Assembly: GCA_001805845.1 (NCBI GenBank) | Contig: MHHA01000024.1 | Coordinates: forward strand, 1 to 26,416 | Direction of reading: 5' to 3' | DNA length: 26,416 nucleotides | DNA from: Omnitrophica WOR_2 bacterium RIFCSPLOWO2_12_FULL_46_30 | GTDB lineage: Bacteria > Omnitrophota > Gorgyraeia > Gygaellales > UBA12090 | The notes under the pieces: generated by a model | Databases searched by the model: none | What the model saw: the letters and a program-made list of their open reading frames with translations, nothing else | What the model was told of the DNA's origin: nothing | In this document: positions 1 through 9,486 of the stretch, piece by piece | Layout: every line of letters begins with the position of its first letter | Position numbering within the stretch: the first letter of the stretch is position 1 | Translations under genes and position numbers: made by a program

Positions 1-1065
1 AGGGTTAATTTTGGCTAAACGCGCCGCTAAGTGAAAATTCAGCTCCAGGCTCTCTAATAAACCTTCAAGTTTAGCGGTTTCACCGCTTACTATAATCCCG
101 CAGGGCAAATCAAACCTTTTCTGATAGCTAGCCAGGCGCGGGCCTAATCCGCTGAAAAGTCTTTTTAGTTTCTGCTCAATCACCGCGCAGACAAGCCTGC
201 GCTTAATCGGCCGGTAGGCCTGGTCTTTTTTTACTAATACCTCCTGCCCTGGATCAACGTTATCTGCCATGGCATTACCATATGAACTCTTCAAGTCTTC
301 TGCTAAATCATATGATAACTTTAATTCCTCGGCAAGGGCCTCGGTGATAGACTTTGAGCCGATAGCGCATTGCTCAAACCCTCTCAGGATGCCGTCTTTA
401 AATACCAGAAGATGGGTTTCTCCAAAGCCGATGTCAAGAAGCGCACATCCTTTACGTTTCTCTTCCTCCGAGACAACGGCTAAACTCGCGGCGTACGACG
501 ATAAAACAAATGCCTTGGCTTTAAAGCCTGCCCGGTCAATGGCGGCAACAAGATTTCCCACATCGGCGCCGAGCGCCGAAACAAGCAGGAGGTCCGCTGT
601 TAATTTATGGCCGTATAATCCGGCGGGATTCATGGCCTTTTCTTTATCATCAATGGCATACTCCTGGGGAAATTGATGCAGCAGCTGTTCCTCTAAATTA
701 AGCCCCAGGCAATACGCCTGGTGATTGACTCTGGCGATATCGCCTGAGGTGATAATCTTGTTTGAGCGTTCAGACAGCGCTATAGTAGCAGTAGAATGGT
801 TAGACTGAATGCCAGGGCCTGCGATGGAGACATACAGCGGCCTGATTTTATTTCCCGATGACAGAGAGAGTTTATTTAAGACAAGAGCAATGGACTCCGC
901 AAGCAAACCCAGATCGTATATGGCGCCGTTTCTTATACCAGAGGATGAATTCAATTCACAGGCAATATCAATTATTTCGTGCGACCTGTGGCTTACGACA
1001 GCGCAGACAGCGGCTATCTTATCTTCCCAGATATCAATAGCGTTATATAATACTCCTTTTTTCAT
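1..1065 (-). CDS. ftsA: Cell division protein FtsA (partial, 3' end runs off the window)
   Basis: Not in the ORF track (no stop in window). Manual translation from ATG 1065: MKKGVLYNAIDIWEDKIAAVC...GCALLDIGFGETHL...IGSKSITEALAEELKLSYDLAEDLKSSYG...GIIVSGETAKLEGL. Actin-like FtsA layout; ATGA overlap with the ftsQ stop; canonical position after ftsQ. Confidence 0.9.
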   Translation of the reverse strand, partial: MKKGVLYNAIDIWEDKIAAVCAVVSHRSHEIIDIACELNSSSGIRNGAIYDLGLLAESIALVLNKLSLSSGNKIRPLYVSIAGPGIQSNHSTATIALSERSNKIITSGDIARVNHQAYCLGLNLEEQLLHQFPQEYAIDDKEKAMNPAGLYGHKLTADLLLVSALGADVGNLVAAIDRAGFKAKAFVLSSYAASLAVVSEEEKRKGCALLDIGFGETHLLVFKDGILRGFEQCAIGSKSITEALAEELKLSYDLAEDLKSSYGNAMADNVDPGQEVLVKKDQAYRPIKRRLVCAVIEQKLKRLFSGLGPRLASYQKRFDLPCGIIVSGETAKLEGLLESLELNFHLAARLAKINP

Positions 1066-1922
1066 TGCTTGTTTTTCTTTTTCTCCATAACTACCGGGGA
1101 ATCGATATTCCCCAGGTCTATATATTCTATGCCCTTCAGAGGGCTTTCGCCTTCTCTGGGGTTTCCCGGCGGCTGAAGCTTATCTAAAAGTGCGCCCAAG
1201 ACCCTCACCGTCTCAGCAGGTCTTTGGAGGTCAAACTTTATTTCAATCTGCGCCAGAGGAGTGCTTTTCTTTATTAAGCCGCTGTCCGGGAAATTTTCAA
1301 CTATAAAGAATGAACTTGCTTTCTGATTTAAGATGCAAACCTTGGTTATCCGGTAATGAGTCAATGCGGGCGCATTATTTTTTTCTTTGATTAATTCCAA
1401 AGCTAAGGTTAGCGCAGCTGGCGGATAATATTGGTTAGGTTTTCCCTGGAGATTTTTCTTTTCAATGCCAAGGATAACCGGCAGATTTTCATATGCCGCG
1501 TCAGAGGCGCCGGCGATGAGAAGCCCGGCAGGATCAACAAGATGATAGCGCGTAAGCTTTAACTGGGCAAGGGGGATGCGCTTCCTTAGATTAAATACAA
1601 GTTCACCGGGCAGCCGGCGCGAAATAACAACGCACTCAATATCAGCTGATTCTTCAATTTGTTTTTTAAGGGCTTTCAGGTCCTGCGAGAAAATGTTTTT
1701 TCCTACGAGCCCCGTTAGAAACCTCTTTGTCTCTTCTGGCAGCGCTGTAGTTTCTAACGGCTGGGCACCCTCTATGGCCACCCTGGTAATCGTGAAATAC
1801 GAAGACCTGAGAAAGAAAAACCTGAATCTGTTTACAATAGCCAGCGCGCAAACCGCTGCAAGGGACAGAAGAAGGATGGACTTTCCGGGAAACTTGAGGC
1901 CTTTATTTTTTCTTTTAGGCAT
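1062..1922 (-). CDS. ftsQ: Cell division protein FtsQ/DivIB
   Basis: Basic N-tail, one TM segment, POTRA-like segment (YFTITRVAIEG...LVGKNIF...ISRRLPGELVFNLRKRIPLAQL), C-terminal YIDL; located between ddl and ftsA. Confidence 0.85.
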   Translation of the reverse strand: MPKRKNKGLKFPGKSILLLSLAAVCALAIVNRFRFFFLRSSYFTITRVAIEGAQPLETTALPEETKRFLTGLVGKNIFSQDLKALKKQIEESADIECVVISRRLPGELVFNLRKRIPLAQLKLTRYHLVDPAGLLIAGASDAAYENLPVILGIEKKNLQGKPNQYYPPAALTLALELIKEKNNAPALTHYRITKVCILNQKASSFFIVENFPDSGLIKKSTPLAQIEIKFDLQRPAETVRVLGALLDKLQPPGNPREGESPLKGIEYIDLGNIDSPVVMEKKKNKQ

Positions 1923-1943
1923 AGTTATTTAAAGTCATCTGTC

Positions 1944-2042
1944 CTTGAGGCGATTTTCTTGCGCTAACGCATTAAGTAATCTGTCAAAGACAGGGCGCGG
2001 CGGCGGTCGCAGAGAGAATGTAATCCCTCCGACTTCTTGAGG
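1944..2042. repeat. 92-bp segment bounded by 7-bp direct repeats (CTTGAGG at 1944-1950 and 2036-2042); candidate small insertion at the ddl 3' end
   Basis: Direct repeats read from the sequence; internal hairpin CTGTC-AAA-GACAG (1981-1993); removing 92 bp gives an in-frame ...FLKDR-TGA. Confidence 0.5.
1946..1961. repeat. 16-bp motif TGAGGCGATTTTCTTG, copy 1
   Basis: Exact match to 17439-17454. Confidence 0.7.
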
Positions 2043-2959
2043 AACCTATCCTGAGCCGCCTGGGCTATTACTAAAACCAATTCCTGAAACGGTATGCCTT
2101 TATGCAGGGCTGCCCTGGGAAGCAGGCTGGTTGCGGTAAAGCCAGGTATGGTATTTACTTCCAGGACATATGGTATATTTTTATTATTGAGGATAATATC
2201 CACACGGGAAAAGAAAAAGCAGCCTAATAAAGTGTGCGCCTTCAGCGCGGTATCCTTTAATAGCTGCATTGTCTTTAAAGGCACCGGCGCAGGCACGATA
2301 TAGTCGGTCTGTCCCTGTTCATACTTTGCCTTATAGTCAAAGAAACGCCGCCTTGACCTTATCTCGATTGCCTCTAAGGGGCTATCTTTAAATATGCCAA
2401 CGGTCATCTCCCTTCCTTTAATATATTCTTCAACCAAAACGCAGCTATCATATTTAAAAGCTAACCTGATAGCGTCCCTGAACTCTTCAGGATTATCGAT
2501 AACAGATAATCCGATGCTTGAGCCGCATGCTGCTGGCTTTACTACCAAAGGAAATGCAAAAGAACTGTCAATACGTCTCTCTTTCCTATTTAAAACAAAA
2601 TAACGCGGGACAGCTAAACCTGCCGCCCGGAAGATCCTGCGCGAGGAAAGCTTATCCATGCTCAAGCTGCTGGCAAAAGCGCCTGAGCCGGTATAAGGAA
2701 TACGCATCTGATCCAGAATTGCCTGAATTTTGCCGTCTTCGCCGAAACTGCCATGCAAGGCCAGGAAGGCAAGGCCAATATCGTAGGAAAGCAGTAAGTC
2801 CGTAACATAATTTTTATCTGTTTTCTTGATATCAATGGCCAGCGCGTCCTGTCCGCAAGACCGCAGCGCTCTAAGCACAGCTTTCCCTGACTTAAGCGAT
2901 ATCTCCCGCTCAGCCGATGTCCCACCCATCAATACCCCGATACGTATCTTACCAGCCAT
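1964..2959 (-). CDS. ddl: D-alanine--D-alanine ligase with an atypical ~28-aa C-terminal tail
   Basis: GGTSAEREISLKSG, LHGSFGEDG, GSSIG, FFDYKAKY, LEVNTIPGFTATSLLP motifs. Confidence 0.96.
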   Translation of the reverse strand: MAGKIRIGVLMGGTSAEREISLKSGKAVLRALRSCGQDALAIDIKKTDKNYVTDLLLSYDIGLAFLALHGSFGEDGKIQAILDQMRIPYTGSGAFASSLSMDKLSSRRIFRAAGLAVPRYFVLNRKERRIDSSFAFPLVVKPAACGSSIGLSVIDNPEEFRDAIRLAFKYDSCVLVEEYIKGREMTVGIFKDSPLEAIEIRSRRRFFDYKAKYEQGQTDYIVPAPVPLKTMQLLKDTALKAHTLLGCFFFSRVDIILNNKNIPYVLEVNTIPGFTATSLLPRAALHKGIPFQELVLVIAQAAQDRFLKKSEGLHSLCDRRRALSLTDYLMR

Positions 2960-3843
2960 TAAATCACCTCTATCTCCGGCTCTAACTTGACCTTAAATCT
3001 CTTTTTTACTTCCTCCTGAGTCAGGCGCATTAAAGCCAGGATATCATTCGGGGAGGCATCCCCTTGATTGACGATAAAATTTGCATGCTTTCTACTGATC
3101 AGCGCGTCTCCAATGCGCCTGCCTTTTAAACCGCACAAATCAATTAACCTGCCGCTGGACTCTGCGTCCGGGTTCTTAAAAATACATCCGGCTGAACGAC
3201 TTCCAGAACCCTGGGTTTTCAAGCGATAATTCCGGAATTTTTGCATTCTTGACTTAATGAACATTTTTTTTCTTTTCCCTAACCTGAATTTGACACCCAG
3301 GATAATGTAATCTTTAAGATTTGAACTACGGTAGCCAAACCTTAAATCTTTCCTGCCTAAGGTTTTCACTTTGCCATTCTTATCCATTACCTTCAGCCAG
3401 GATACAAAAGAACCAAGCTCAATTCGTTTCGGCCAGGAAACGCCGGCATTGAGCATTACCGCTCCTGCGACCGTAGCCGGTATCCCGGATAAAAATTCTA
3501 ATCCGCCTAAATTATGTTCGTAAGCGGTTCTGATCAACTTAGGCAGGGCAACTCCCGCGCCGGCAATTATATCAGTTCCCCTGGCTATGCACCTCGTAAA
3601 ATTGGCTGAACCTAAATGGATGGCTAAAGGGATTTTCTTTTTTTTGATCAGCAGCTTCGAGCCGAAACCAATAACCAGATAACCCTTTTTATTGGTTTGC
3701 GCCTTACGCAGCACGTTCCTTAGCGCCTGGACATCGTATGGCTCAATCCAGAGTCCAGCCTTTGGGCCCACCCGTAAGGTGGTATGCTTTGATAAGGGTT
3801 CATCAAAAAGTATTTTGGCTCTTAATCCGTTCTGCCAGCTCAT
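2959..3843 (-). CDS. murB: UDP-N-acetylenolpyruvoylglucosamine reductase
   Basis: EPLSKHTTLRVG, GLEFLSGIPATVAGAVMLNAG, SAGCIFKNP, HANFIVN, LEPEI motifs. Confidence 0.96.
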   Translation of the reverse strand: MSWQNGLRAKILFDEPLSKHTTLRVGPKAGLWIEPYDVQALRNVLRKAQTNKKGYLVIGFGSKLLIKKKKIPLAIHLGSANFTRCIARGTDIIAGAGVALPKLIRTAYEHNLGGLEFLSGIPATVAGAVMLNAGVSWPKRIELGSFVSWLKVMDKNGKVKTLGRKDLRFGYRSSNLKDYIILGVKFRLGKRKKMFIKSRMQKFRNYRLKTQGSGSRSAGCIFKNPDAESSGRLIDLCGLKGRRIGDALISRKHANFIVNQGDASPNDILALMRLTQEEVKKRFKVKLEPEIEVI

Positions 3844-5233
3844 CGCTTAATTTTCCTATATCGCCTGCTCCAACCGTAAGCACCAAATCTCCTGAGCCTA
3901 CTATTGAAAGGAGCCGCTCAATTACTTTTTCTTTTTTAACATAGATAACCTCGGCCTGAGGATGTTTTTCTTTTATTTTATCACGGAGAACCTCTGAAGA
4001 TACGCCCTGAATAGGTTCTTCTGAAGCGGCGTAGATATCAGTAAGAATTATGCAATCTGCCAGAGATAAGCTTTCGGCAAATTCATGCATCAGGAATTTA
4101 GTGCGGCTAAAGCGGTGCGGCTGGAAAACTACGAGCAGCCGTTTGTGCGTAATATTTCTTGCCGCCTCAAGCGTCGCCCGCAGTTCGGTAGGATGGTGTC
4201 CGTAGTCATCAATTAGCTTAATGCCATTCACCCGGGCCTTCAGTTGAAACCTGCGTTCAGTGCCTTTAAAACTATCTAAGGCCTCTTCAATCCTCCGGGG
4301 CTTGATTCCCAATTCCAGCCCCAGAGCAATTACGGCTAAGCTGTTTGAGATATTGTGCCTGCCGGCTAAAGGCAAATGCATCCTCGCGATGAATCCATCT
4401 CTATAATAGCAATCAAATATAGAGGAAAACTCATTAAGGAGTAAATTCCGTGGGTAAAAATCGTTTTCGCCGGATAAACCAAAATAGAGCATCCGTTTTT
4501 TATATCCGCGGGTGATTGAGCGGATTGCCGGGTCATCGCCGCAGCAAAAAAGACATCCGCCGTCTCTGGTATGAGAGATAAACTTTTTATAAGCGCTCAG
4601 GATGTCCTGCCAATTCTTATAAAAATCAAGATGTTCCCGGTCAATATTGGTAACGATGGAATAGTCCGGGTGGTAATATAAAAATGTTCCGTCCGATTCA
4701 TCGGCCTCAGCCACAAAAAAATTACTCTTCCCCAGGCAGGAATTATCGCCGATATTGCGCAGGATTCCGCCTATGGCAACGGTCGGAGAAAACCCTGCCT
4801 GGAGCAGGAGATGGCCGGTTAAACCGCAGGTAGTGGTCTTACCGTGAGCGCCGCTGATTGCGATAGAGGCCTTATCCCGCATCAATTGCGCCAGGGCTTC
4901 GGCCCTTTTCAAAATCCTGAGCCCTTTTGCTTTTGCCGCCTGCAATTCCGGATTATCTTCTCTGACAGCGGATGAGTATACCACGATCTCGGCATCGCTG
5001 ATATAGGATGCATCGTGGCCCAGGCGCACCTTTATCCCGAGCGAAGATAGCTTTCCGGTAATCAGGCTTTCTTTTATATCCGAGCCGCTTACGCGGTATC
5101 CCTGTTTCATCATAATCGCAGCAATACCGCTCATGCCAATTCCGCCTATGCCGACAAAATGTATCCGTTTGGAAAGTAACGCTATGGCGCCCGGGGCATT
5201 CTCTGTAAAAAAAGTTTTTCTTTGACGCATCAT
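3803..5233 (-). CDS. murC: UDP-N-acetylmuramate--L-alanine ligase
   Basis: HFVGIGGIGMSG, GAHGKTTT, EADESDGTF, DDYGHHPTE, FQPHRFSRT motifs. Confidence 0.97.
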   Translation of the reverse strand: MMRQRKTFFTENAPGAIALLSKRIHFVGIGGIGMSGIAAIMMKQGYRVSGSDIKESLITGKLSSLGIKVRLGHDASYISDAEIVVYSSAVREDNPELQAAKAKGLRILKRAEALAQLMRDKASIAISGAHGKTTTCGLTGHLLLQAGFSPTVAIGGILRNIGDNSCLGKSNFFVAEADESDGTFLYYHPDYSIVTNIDREHLDFYKNWQDILSAYKKFISHTRDGGCLFCCGDDPAIRSITRGYKKRMLYFGLSGENDFYPRNLLLNEFSSIFDCYYRDGFIARMHLPLAGRHNISNSLAVIALGLELGIKPRRIEEALDSFKGTERRFQLKARVNGIKLIDDYGHHPTELRATLEAARNITHKRLLVVFQPHRFSRTKFLMHEFAESLSLADCIILTDIYAASEEPIQGVSSEVLRDKIKEKHPQAEVIYVKKEKVIERLLSIVGSGDLVLTVGAGDIGKLSDELAERIKSQNTF

Positions 5234-6033
5234 TCCTTTATATGCCTAAGCCAGGCCTTATTCAGGTCCTCCAAATTCTTAAAAACCCTGTAGGCATCAT
5301 TGATTGCCTGGTCAAATGTCTTACGCTCTTTCAGGCGCCGGCATAATTCTACAAAATTATCCCGGCCAAACTTATTGAGCAGATAATCCACAACGCTTAA
5401 GGCCTCTGCGTAGTAAAGCTCAACTATTTCTTTGTCATTAACGAAGTTGATATTCAGCTCGGATAATTTGTTTAAAGGCGTAAGCTTTCTCTGTTCCAGC
5501 GCCTGCAGTAACTTGGTTTTAAGGTTAAACCTTTTTACCTTTTCCTGATACATCGCCACCCCCTCATCAAGCCAGAGCGGAGCATTGTTCTCTGAACCCA
5601 CAAATTCCCGAAAAATGATGTGGCCTAATTCATGGGGAAGAAGCGACTGGAAAAATCCCTGCGCCCAGGGATAGCTCTCAATCACCTTCTCATGGTAATA
5701 GGCCGCCCCTCCTGACCAGGAAGGCTTGCCGGTAGCTTTCCGGTAATCTTCGGCATCGTTATAAATGTATATTTTTGCCCGCTTGTCCCAGAGCCAGAAA
5801 TCATAGCGGGTAAATCCTAAATTCTCAGCAATGCTTTTGTAATACTCTTCGGCCTTATCAATGGCCTGCCTGATGAACTTCTCATCCGCTTCTTTGTAAT
5901 AGACAATAAAATGCGTGCTTTTTTCGGCCTTCCATCCTTTCTCATCAAAAGCTGACGCCCGCTCAAGAAAGCAAAAGAGAATGGATAAAATAATTACCGA
6001 AAAAGGCAATGAGCTGAATTTCATTTTTATCAT
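5230..6033 (-). CDS. Secreted peptidase MA-like (gluzincin) domain protein
   Basis: Signal peptide with ASA-type cleavage site; HELGH zinc motif plus downstream WLDEGVAMY third-ligand motif; YAEALSVVDYL helix typical of the family. Confidence 0.8.
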   Translation of the reverse strand: MIKMKFSSLPFSVIILSILFCFLERASAFDEKGWKAEKSTHFIVYYKEADEKFIRQAIDKAEEYYKSIAENLGFTRYDFWLWDKRAKIYIYNDAEDYRKATGKPSWSGGAAYYHEKVIESYPWAQGFFQSLLPHELGHIIFREFVGSENNAPLWLDEGVAMYQEKVKRFNLKTKLLQALEQRKLTPLNKLSELNINFVNDKEIVELYYAEALSVVDYLLNKFGRDNFVELCRRLKERKTFDQAINDAYRVFKNLEDLNKAWLRHIKE

Positions 6034-6035
6034 CT

Positions 6036-7124
6036 TTATTGCCGCGCCAAAGATATGGCCAGTTCTGCCAGCTTGCCGGCTGCATCAGGGACTGCGAATT
6101 TCTGAATATTACGCTCAAGCGCCTGACGCTGGAAAGGAGAATGGATAAGCCGCGCTATAGTCTCAGAGAGCCCCTGACATCCTAACTCTTCTTCTCTGAG
6201 GACTATGGCTGCCGCCTCTTTTCCTAAAGCATAAGCATTTTCCAATTGATGGCCTCCGGCATACGGATAGGGAATCAAGAGCGCCGCCTTTTGAAAATAA
6301 ACCAGCTCCGCTATCGTTGTCGCTCCGGCGCGGCTTACCACCAAATCCGCCAGGACATAGGCAAGATGCATCGGCTCTAAAAAATCAAAAACGCAATGCC
6401 TCATTGTAATACAAGAGTAATCTTTTTTCAAGTCATTATAATCGCTTTTGCCGGTTATATGAATAAATTGAAAATCTTCCCTCTTCTCTATCCTCTTAAC
6501 GGCATTTTTAAACTCGGTATTTATCCTATGCGAACCCTGGCTCCCGCCAAGCGTCAGGATGGTAAATTTGTCTTCTAAGCCGAAGAAGCTCCTGGCATCT
6601 TCTTTCCCAGCTCTCGTCAAAGATTTACGCAGCGGATTGCCGGTAACTATAGCTTTGTCATAAAAGTTCCTGGTTTCCCTAAAACTCACTGCTACTTTAT
6701 CCGCAAAGAAACCCAGGGCCTTATTGGCAAGGCCTAAGGAAACATTCTGCTCATGAATAACGGTTGCTTTCTTAAACAACGCGGCCTCAAGGCAGACGGG
6801 AAAACTCACGTAAGAACCGAAGCCCACGACAACATCTGGCCTGAATTTTTCAATGATTAAGAAGGACTCAAAAAATGACCTGATAAAACGGCAAAATGCA
6901 AGGAAGAACTTCTTAAATGATTTGAAACTAAACGGCAATACAGAGATAAGAAACAGCCTGAAGCCGTGAGCGCTAATCTCCTCCGCGATGCCGCCGCGCC
7001 GCGAAGAAACAAAGGCGATATCCGCCCCTGCTTCCTTCTCACGCAGCTTTTGGGCAAAGGAAAGCGCCGGGTACAAGTGCCCGGCGCTTGCTCCGGAGGC
7101 AATGAGTATTTTTACGCGATTCAT
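6036..7124 (-). CDS. murG: UDP-GlcNAc:lipid I N-acetylglucosaminyltransferase
   Basis: GHLYPA, GFGSYVS, IHEQN, TGNPLR, GGSQGS, SRAGATTIAE, HQLENA motifs. Confidence 0.96.
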   Translation of the reverse strand: MNRVKILIASGASAGHLYPALSFAQKLREKEAGADIAFVSSRRGGIAEEISAHGFRLFLISVLPFSFKSFKKFFLAFCRFIRSFFESFLIIEKFRPDVVVGFGSYVSFPVCLEAALFKKATVIHEQNVSLGLANKALGFFADKVAVSFRETRNFYDKAIVTGNPLRKSLTRAGKEDARSFFGLEDKFTILTLGGSQGSHRINTEFKNAVKRIEKREDFQFIHITGKSDYNDLKKDYSCITMRHCVFDFLEPMHLAYVLADLVVSRAGATTIAELVYFQKAALLIPYPYAGGHQLENAYALGKEAAAIVLREEELGCQGLSETIARLIHSPFQRQALERNIQKFAVPDAAGKLAELAISLARQ

Positions 7125-8215
7125 GGCTCCGCGGCGAACCTGGCGACATTAAGCAAAAGTCCGAAACTAATCATATCCACGAGCAAGGATGAACCGCCGT
7201 AGCTGATAAAAGGAAGCGGCAGGCCCTTGGTGGGAAATACTCCGATACTGACACCGATATTGAGGATTGCTTTCAACGAAAGCAGCGAAATGATTCCTAA
7301 ACTTAAAAAAACGCCAAAGGTATCCCGCGTGGATTTTACAATCTTACAGCCATTAAGAAAAAGGAGGATAAATAAACCCACCACCGCTACCGTAGCAAAA
7401 AATCCTAATTCTTCTCCGAGAATCGAAAATATAAAATCAGTATGCGCCGCCGGCAGATAGAATAATTTTTGCAGGCTTTTACCCAGGCCCCTTCCGAATA
7501 TTCCGCCGCAGCCCAGAGCAACCTGAGATTGAATAAGCTGGAATCCTGAACCTAAGGAATCAGCCCAGGGATTTAAAAAAGCCATTATCCGTAGCCGCCG
7601 ATAAGGAACGTTGAAAATCAAGAGGTACAAAAAAGGCAGGGATGGTAAAAAGATATAGCTAAGATACGCCAAGCGCGCTCCTGCGATAAAAAGCATAATG
7701 AAGACAACGATGCTCAGGGCAACCACTGTTCCCAAATCCGGCTGAATCAAAACTAAAAGGTTTACCATCCCCAAGACTACGATCACAGGCAAAAAGCCAA
7801 AGCTAAACTGCTCCATTCTGGCGATCCCTTTGCGCGAAAGGAATGAAGCCGTATAGATAATCACTGCCAAATTGGCAAATTCTGAGGGCTGAAAGCTTAA
7901 ACCCAACAGCCGGAACCACCTCTTTGCGCCGGCTATTTCACGGCTGACTCCGGGAGTTTGCAGGAGGACTAAGAAAAACAAAGAAAGCAGAACTAATTTT
8001 TTTGCATATTTACTTAAGATACGGTAATCAAAAGACATAACCGACGCGGTGCAGAGAACGCTGATGAGAATAAAGAGCAGATGGCGCTTTAGAAAATAAG
8101 CGCTATCGTTGTATTTCTGCCAGGCATAGATCGCCGTTGAACTGTAAACCATCACGATACCAATAACGATTAAGGTAAAAACAATCATTAACAGCGATAT
8201 CCTTATCTTACGCAT
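7121..8215 (-). CDS. ftsW: Lipid II polymerase FtsW (SEDS family)
   Basis: GAKRWF, FQPSEF, QPDLGT, GFQLIQS, LPAAHTDFIF, TKGLPLPFISYGGSS motifs; multi-TM; dcw position. Confidence 0.95.
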   Translation of the reverse strand: MRKIRISLLMIVFTLIVIGIVMVYSSTAIYAWQKYNDSAYFLKRHLLFILISVLCTASVMSFDYRILSKYAKKLVLLSLFFLVLLQTPGVSREIAGAKRWFRLLGLSFQPSEFANLAVIIYTASFLSRKGIARMEQFSFGFLPVIVVLGMVNLLVLIQPDLGTVVALSIVVFIMLFIAGARLAYLSYIFLPSLPFLYLLIFNVPYRRLRIMAFLNPWADSLGSGFQLIQSQVALGCGGIFGRGLGKSLQKLFYLPAAHTDFIFSILGEELGFFATVAVVGLFILLFLNGCKIVKSTRDTFGVFLSLGIISLLSLKAILNIGVSIGVFPTKGLPLPFISYGGSSLLVDMISFGLLLNVARFAAEP

Positions 8216-8216
8216 A

Positions 8217-9482
8217 TTACAACTTATTTACTATTTCCTTAAACACCCTTCCCCGCTGTTCATAATCTTCAAACATATCAAAGCTGGCGCACATCGGAGA
8301 AAGCAATACGCAGTCGCCGCCATGCGCGCGCTTAAAACTTTTTTGGGTTGCCTCTTCAAGGGATGAGGCCTCCTCAATAGACAGGAGCCCCTTAAAGGCA
8401 GTGCGGATTTTTTCTCTTGCCTCGCCTATTAACATAAGGAGCTTAACCTTTTGTTTGATTAAATCCGAAATCAGGCGATAATCGCTATTTTTATCCCTGC
8501 CGCCGGCGATAAGGATGGTTGGCTTATGCATACCCTGCAAAGCCCATACGGTGGAATCAACATTAGTTGCCTTTGAGTCATTGATGAATTCTATACCATT
8601 GATAGTGCGCACCTGTTCTAAGCGGTGTTCTACTCCCTTAAAATTCCGGAAGACCTCCATACAGCGAGCTTCGGATATACCAAAAATTTTAGCCACAGCC
8701 ATAACCGCGTAATGATTAGGATTTAAATGCGGGGCGTCTTGCGTCGCGCGTCGCGCGTTAAAGAAGATTACTTTAGCCTTGCTTTCTTTAGCCAGGCCCC
8801 TTAAGATTGGCTGGTCATAATTTAGAACTAAGTAATCGTCGCGAGACTGATTCATAAAAATACGTTTTTTTGCCGCCAGATATTCAGGCATATCCCCGTA
8901 TCTATCCAAATGGTCACGGGTAAAGTTTAATATAACCGAGACCTTCGGTTTAAAGGCAATAATTCTTTCTAATTGAAAAGAGCTGACTTCCAGAGAAACA
9001 AAATCATCGCTATGCATATTCATTACTTCTTGCGCAAAGGGTTTTCCTATGTTTCCCAGGGTCCATACCCGCCTATCGGCTGTTTCCAAAACTTTGCCCA
9101 GGAGGGTGGTTACCGTTGTTTTACCGTTAGTCCCGGTAATAGCAATAACGGTTGCCGGACAAAGCGACCAGGATAGCTCTATCTCGCTAACAACCGGAAT
9201 CTTCAATTCATCGGCCCAGAGAAGCGCTTGCGATTTATTGCTTACGCCGGGAGAGCTCACCACCAGGTCCTTATTCCTGATGAAATCAAGGGAATGCCCG
9301 CCTGTTTCAAGGTAGATACCCCGCCTTTTCAAATCTTCAGCTAAGAGCCTCAGCCTGTCATTGTCGGCGCTATCGGTAACATATACCTGAGAGCCCAAAT
9401 CCCTTAATAAACGGCTAACCGCAGCTCCGCTCCTGGCCAGGCCCACCACAGCTACCTTTTTGCCTCTGTAGTTTTTAATCAT
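8217..9482 (-). CDS. murD: UDP-MurNAc-L-Ala--D-glutamate ligase
   Basis: GLARSG, ITGTNGKTT, LEVSSFQL, DHLDRY, HRLE, NDSKATN, LLSPMCASFDMF motifs. Confidence 0.96.
   Translation of the reverse strand: MIKNYRGKKVAVVGLARSGAAVSRLLRDLGSQVYVTDSADNDRLRLLAEDLKRRGIYLETGGHSLDFIRNKDLVVSSPGVSNKSQALLWADELKIPVVSEIELSWSLCPATVIAITGTNGKTTVTTLLGKVLETADRRVWTLGNIGKPFAQEVMNMHSDDFVSLEVSSFQLERIIAFKPKVSVILNFTRDHLDRYGDMPEYLAAKKRIFMNQSRDDYLVLNYDQPILRGLAKESKAKVIFFNARRATQDAPHLNPNHYAVMAVAKIFGISEARCMEVFRNFKGVEHRLEQVRTINGIEFINDSKATNVDSTVWALQGMHKPTILIAGGRDKNSDYRLISDLIKQKVKLLMLIGEAREKIRTAFKGLLSIEEASSLEEATQKSFKRAHGGDCVLLSPMCASFDMFEDYEQRGRVFKEIVNKL
8734..8761. repeat. Degenerate 7-bp tandem repeat (GCGTCTT GCGTCGC GCGTCGC GCGTTAA) inside murD
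   Basis: Four 7-bp-period units read directly; encodes NARRATQDA. Confidence 0.6.
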
Positions 9483-9486
9483 TCAA

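Noticed and set aside
1960-1987. Possible internal ftsQ promoter (TTGACA on the minus strand at 1987-1982)
   Set aside because: No credible -10 at 16-18 bp spacing.
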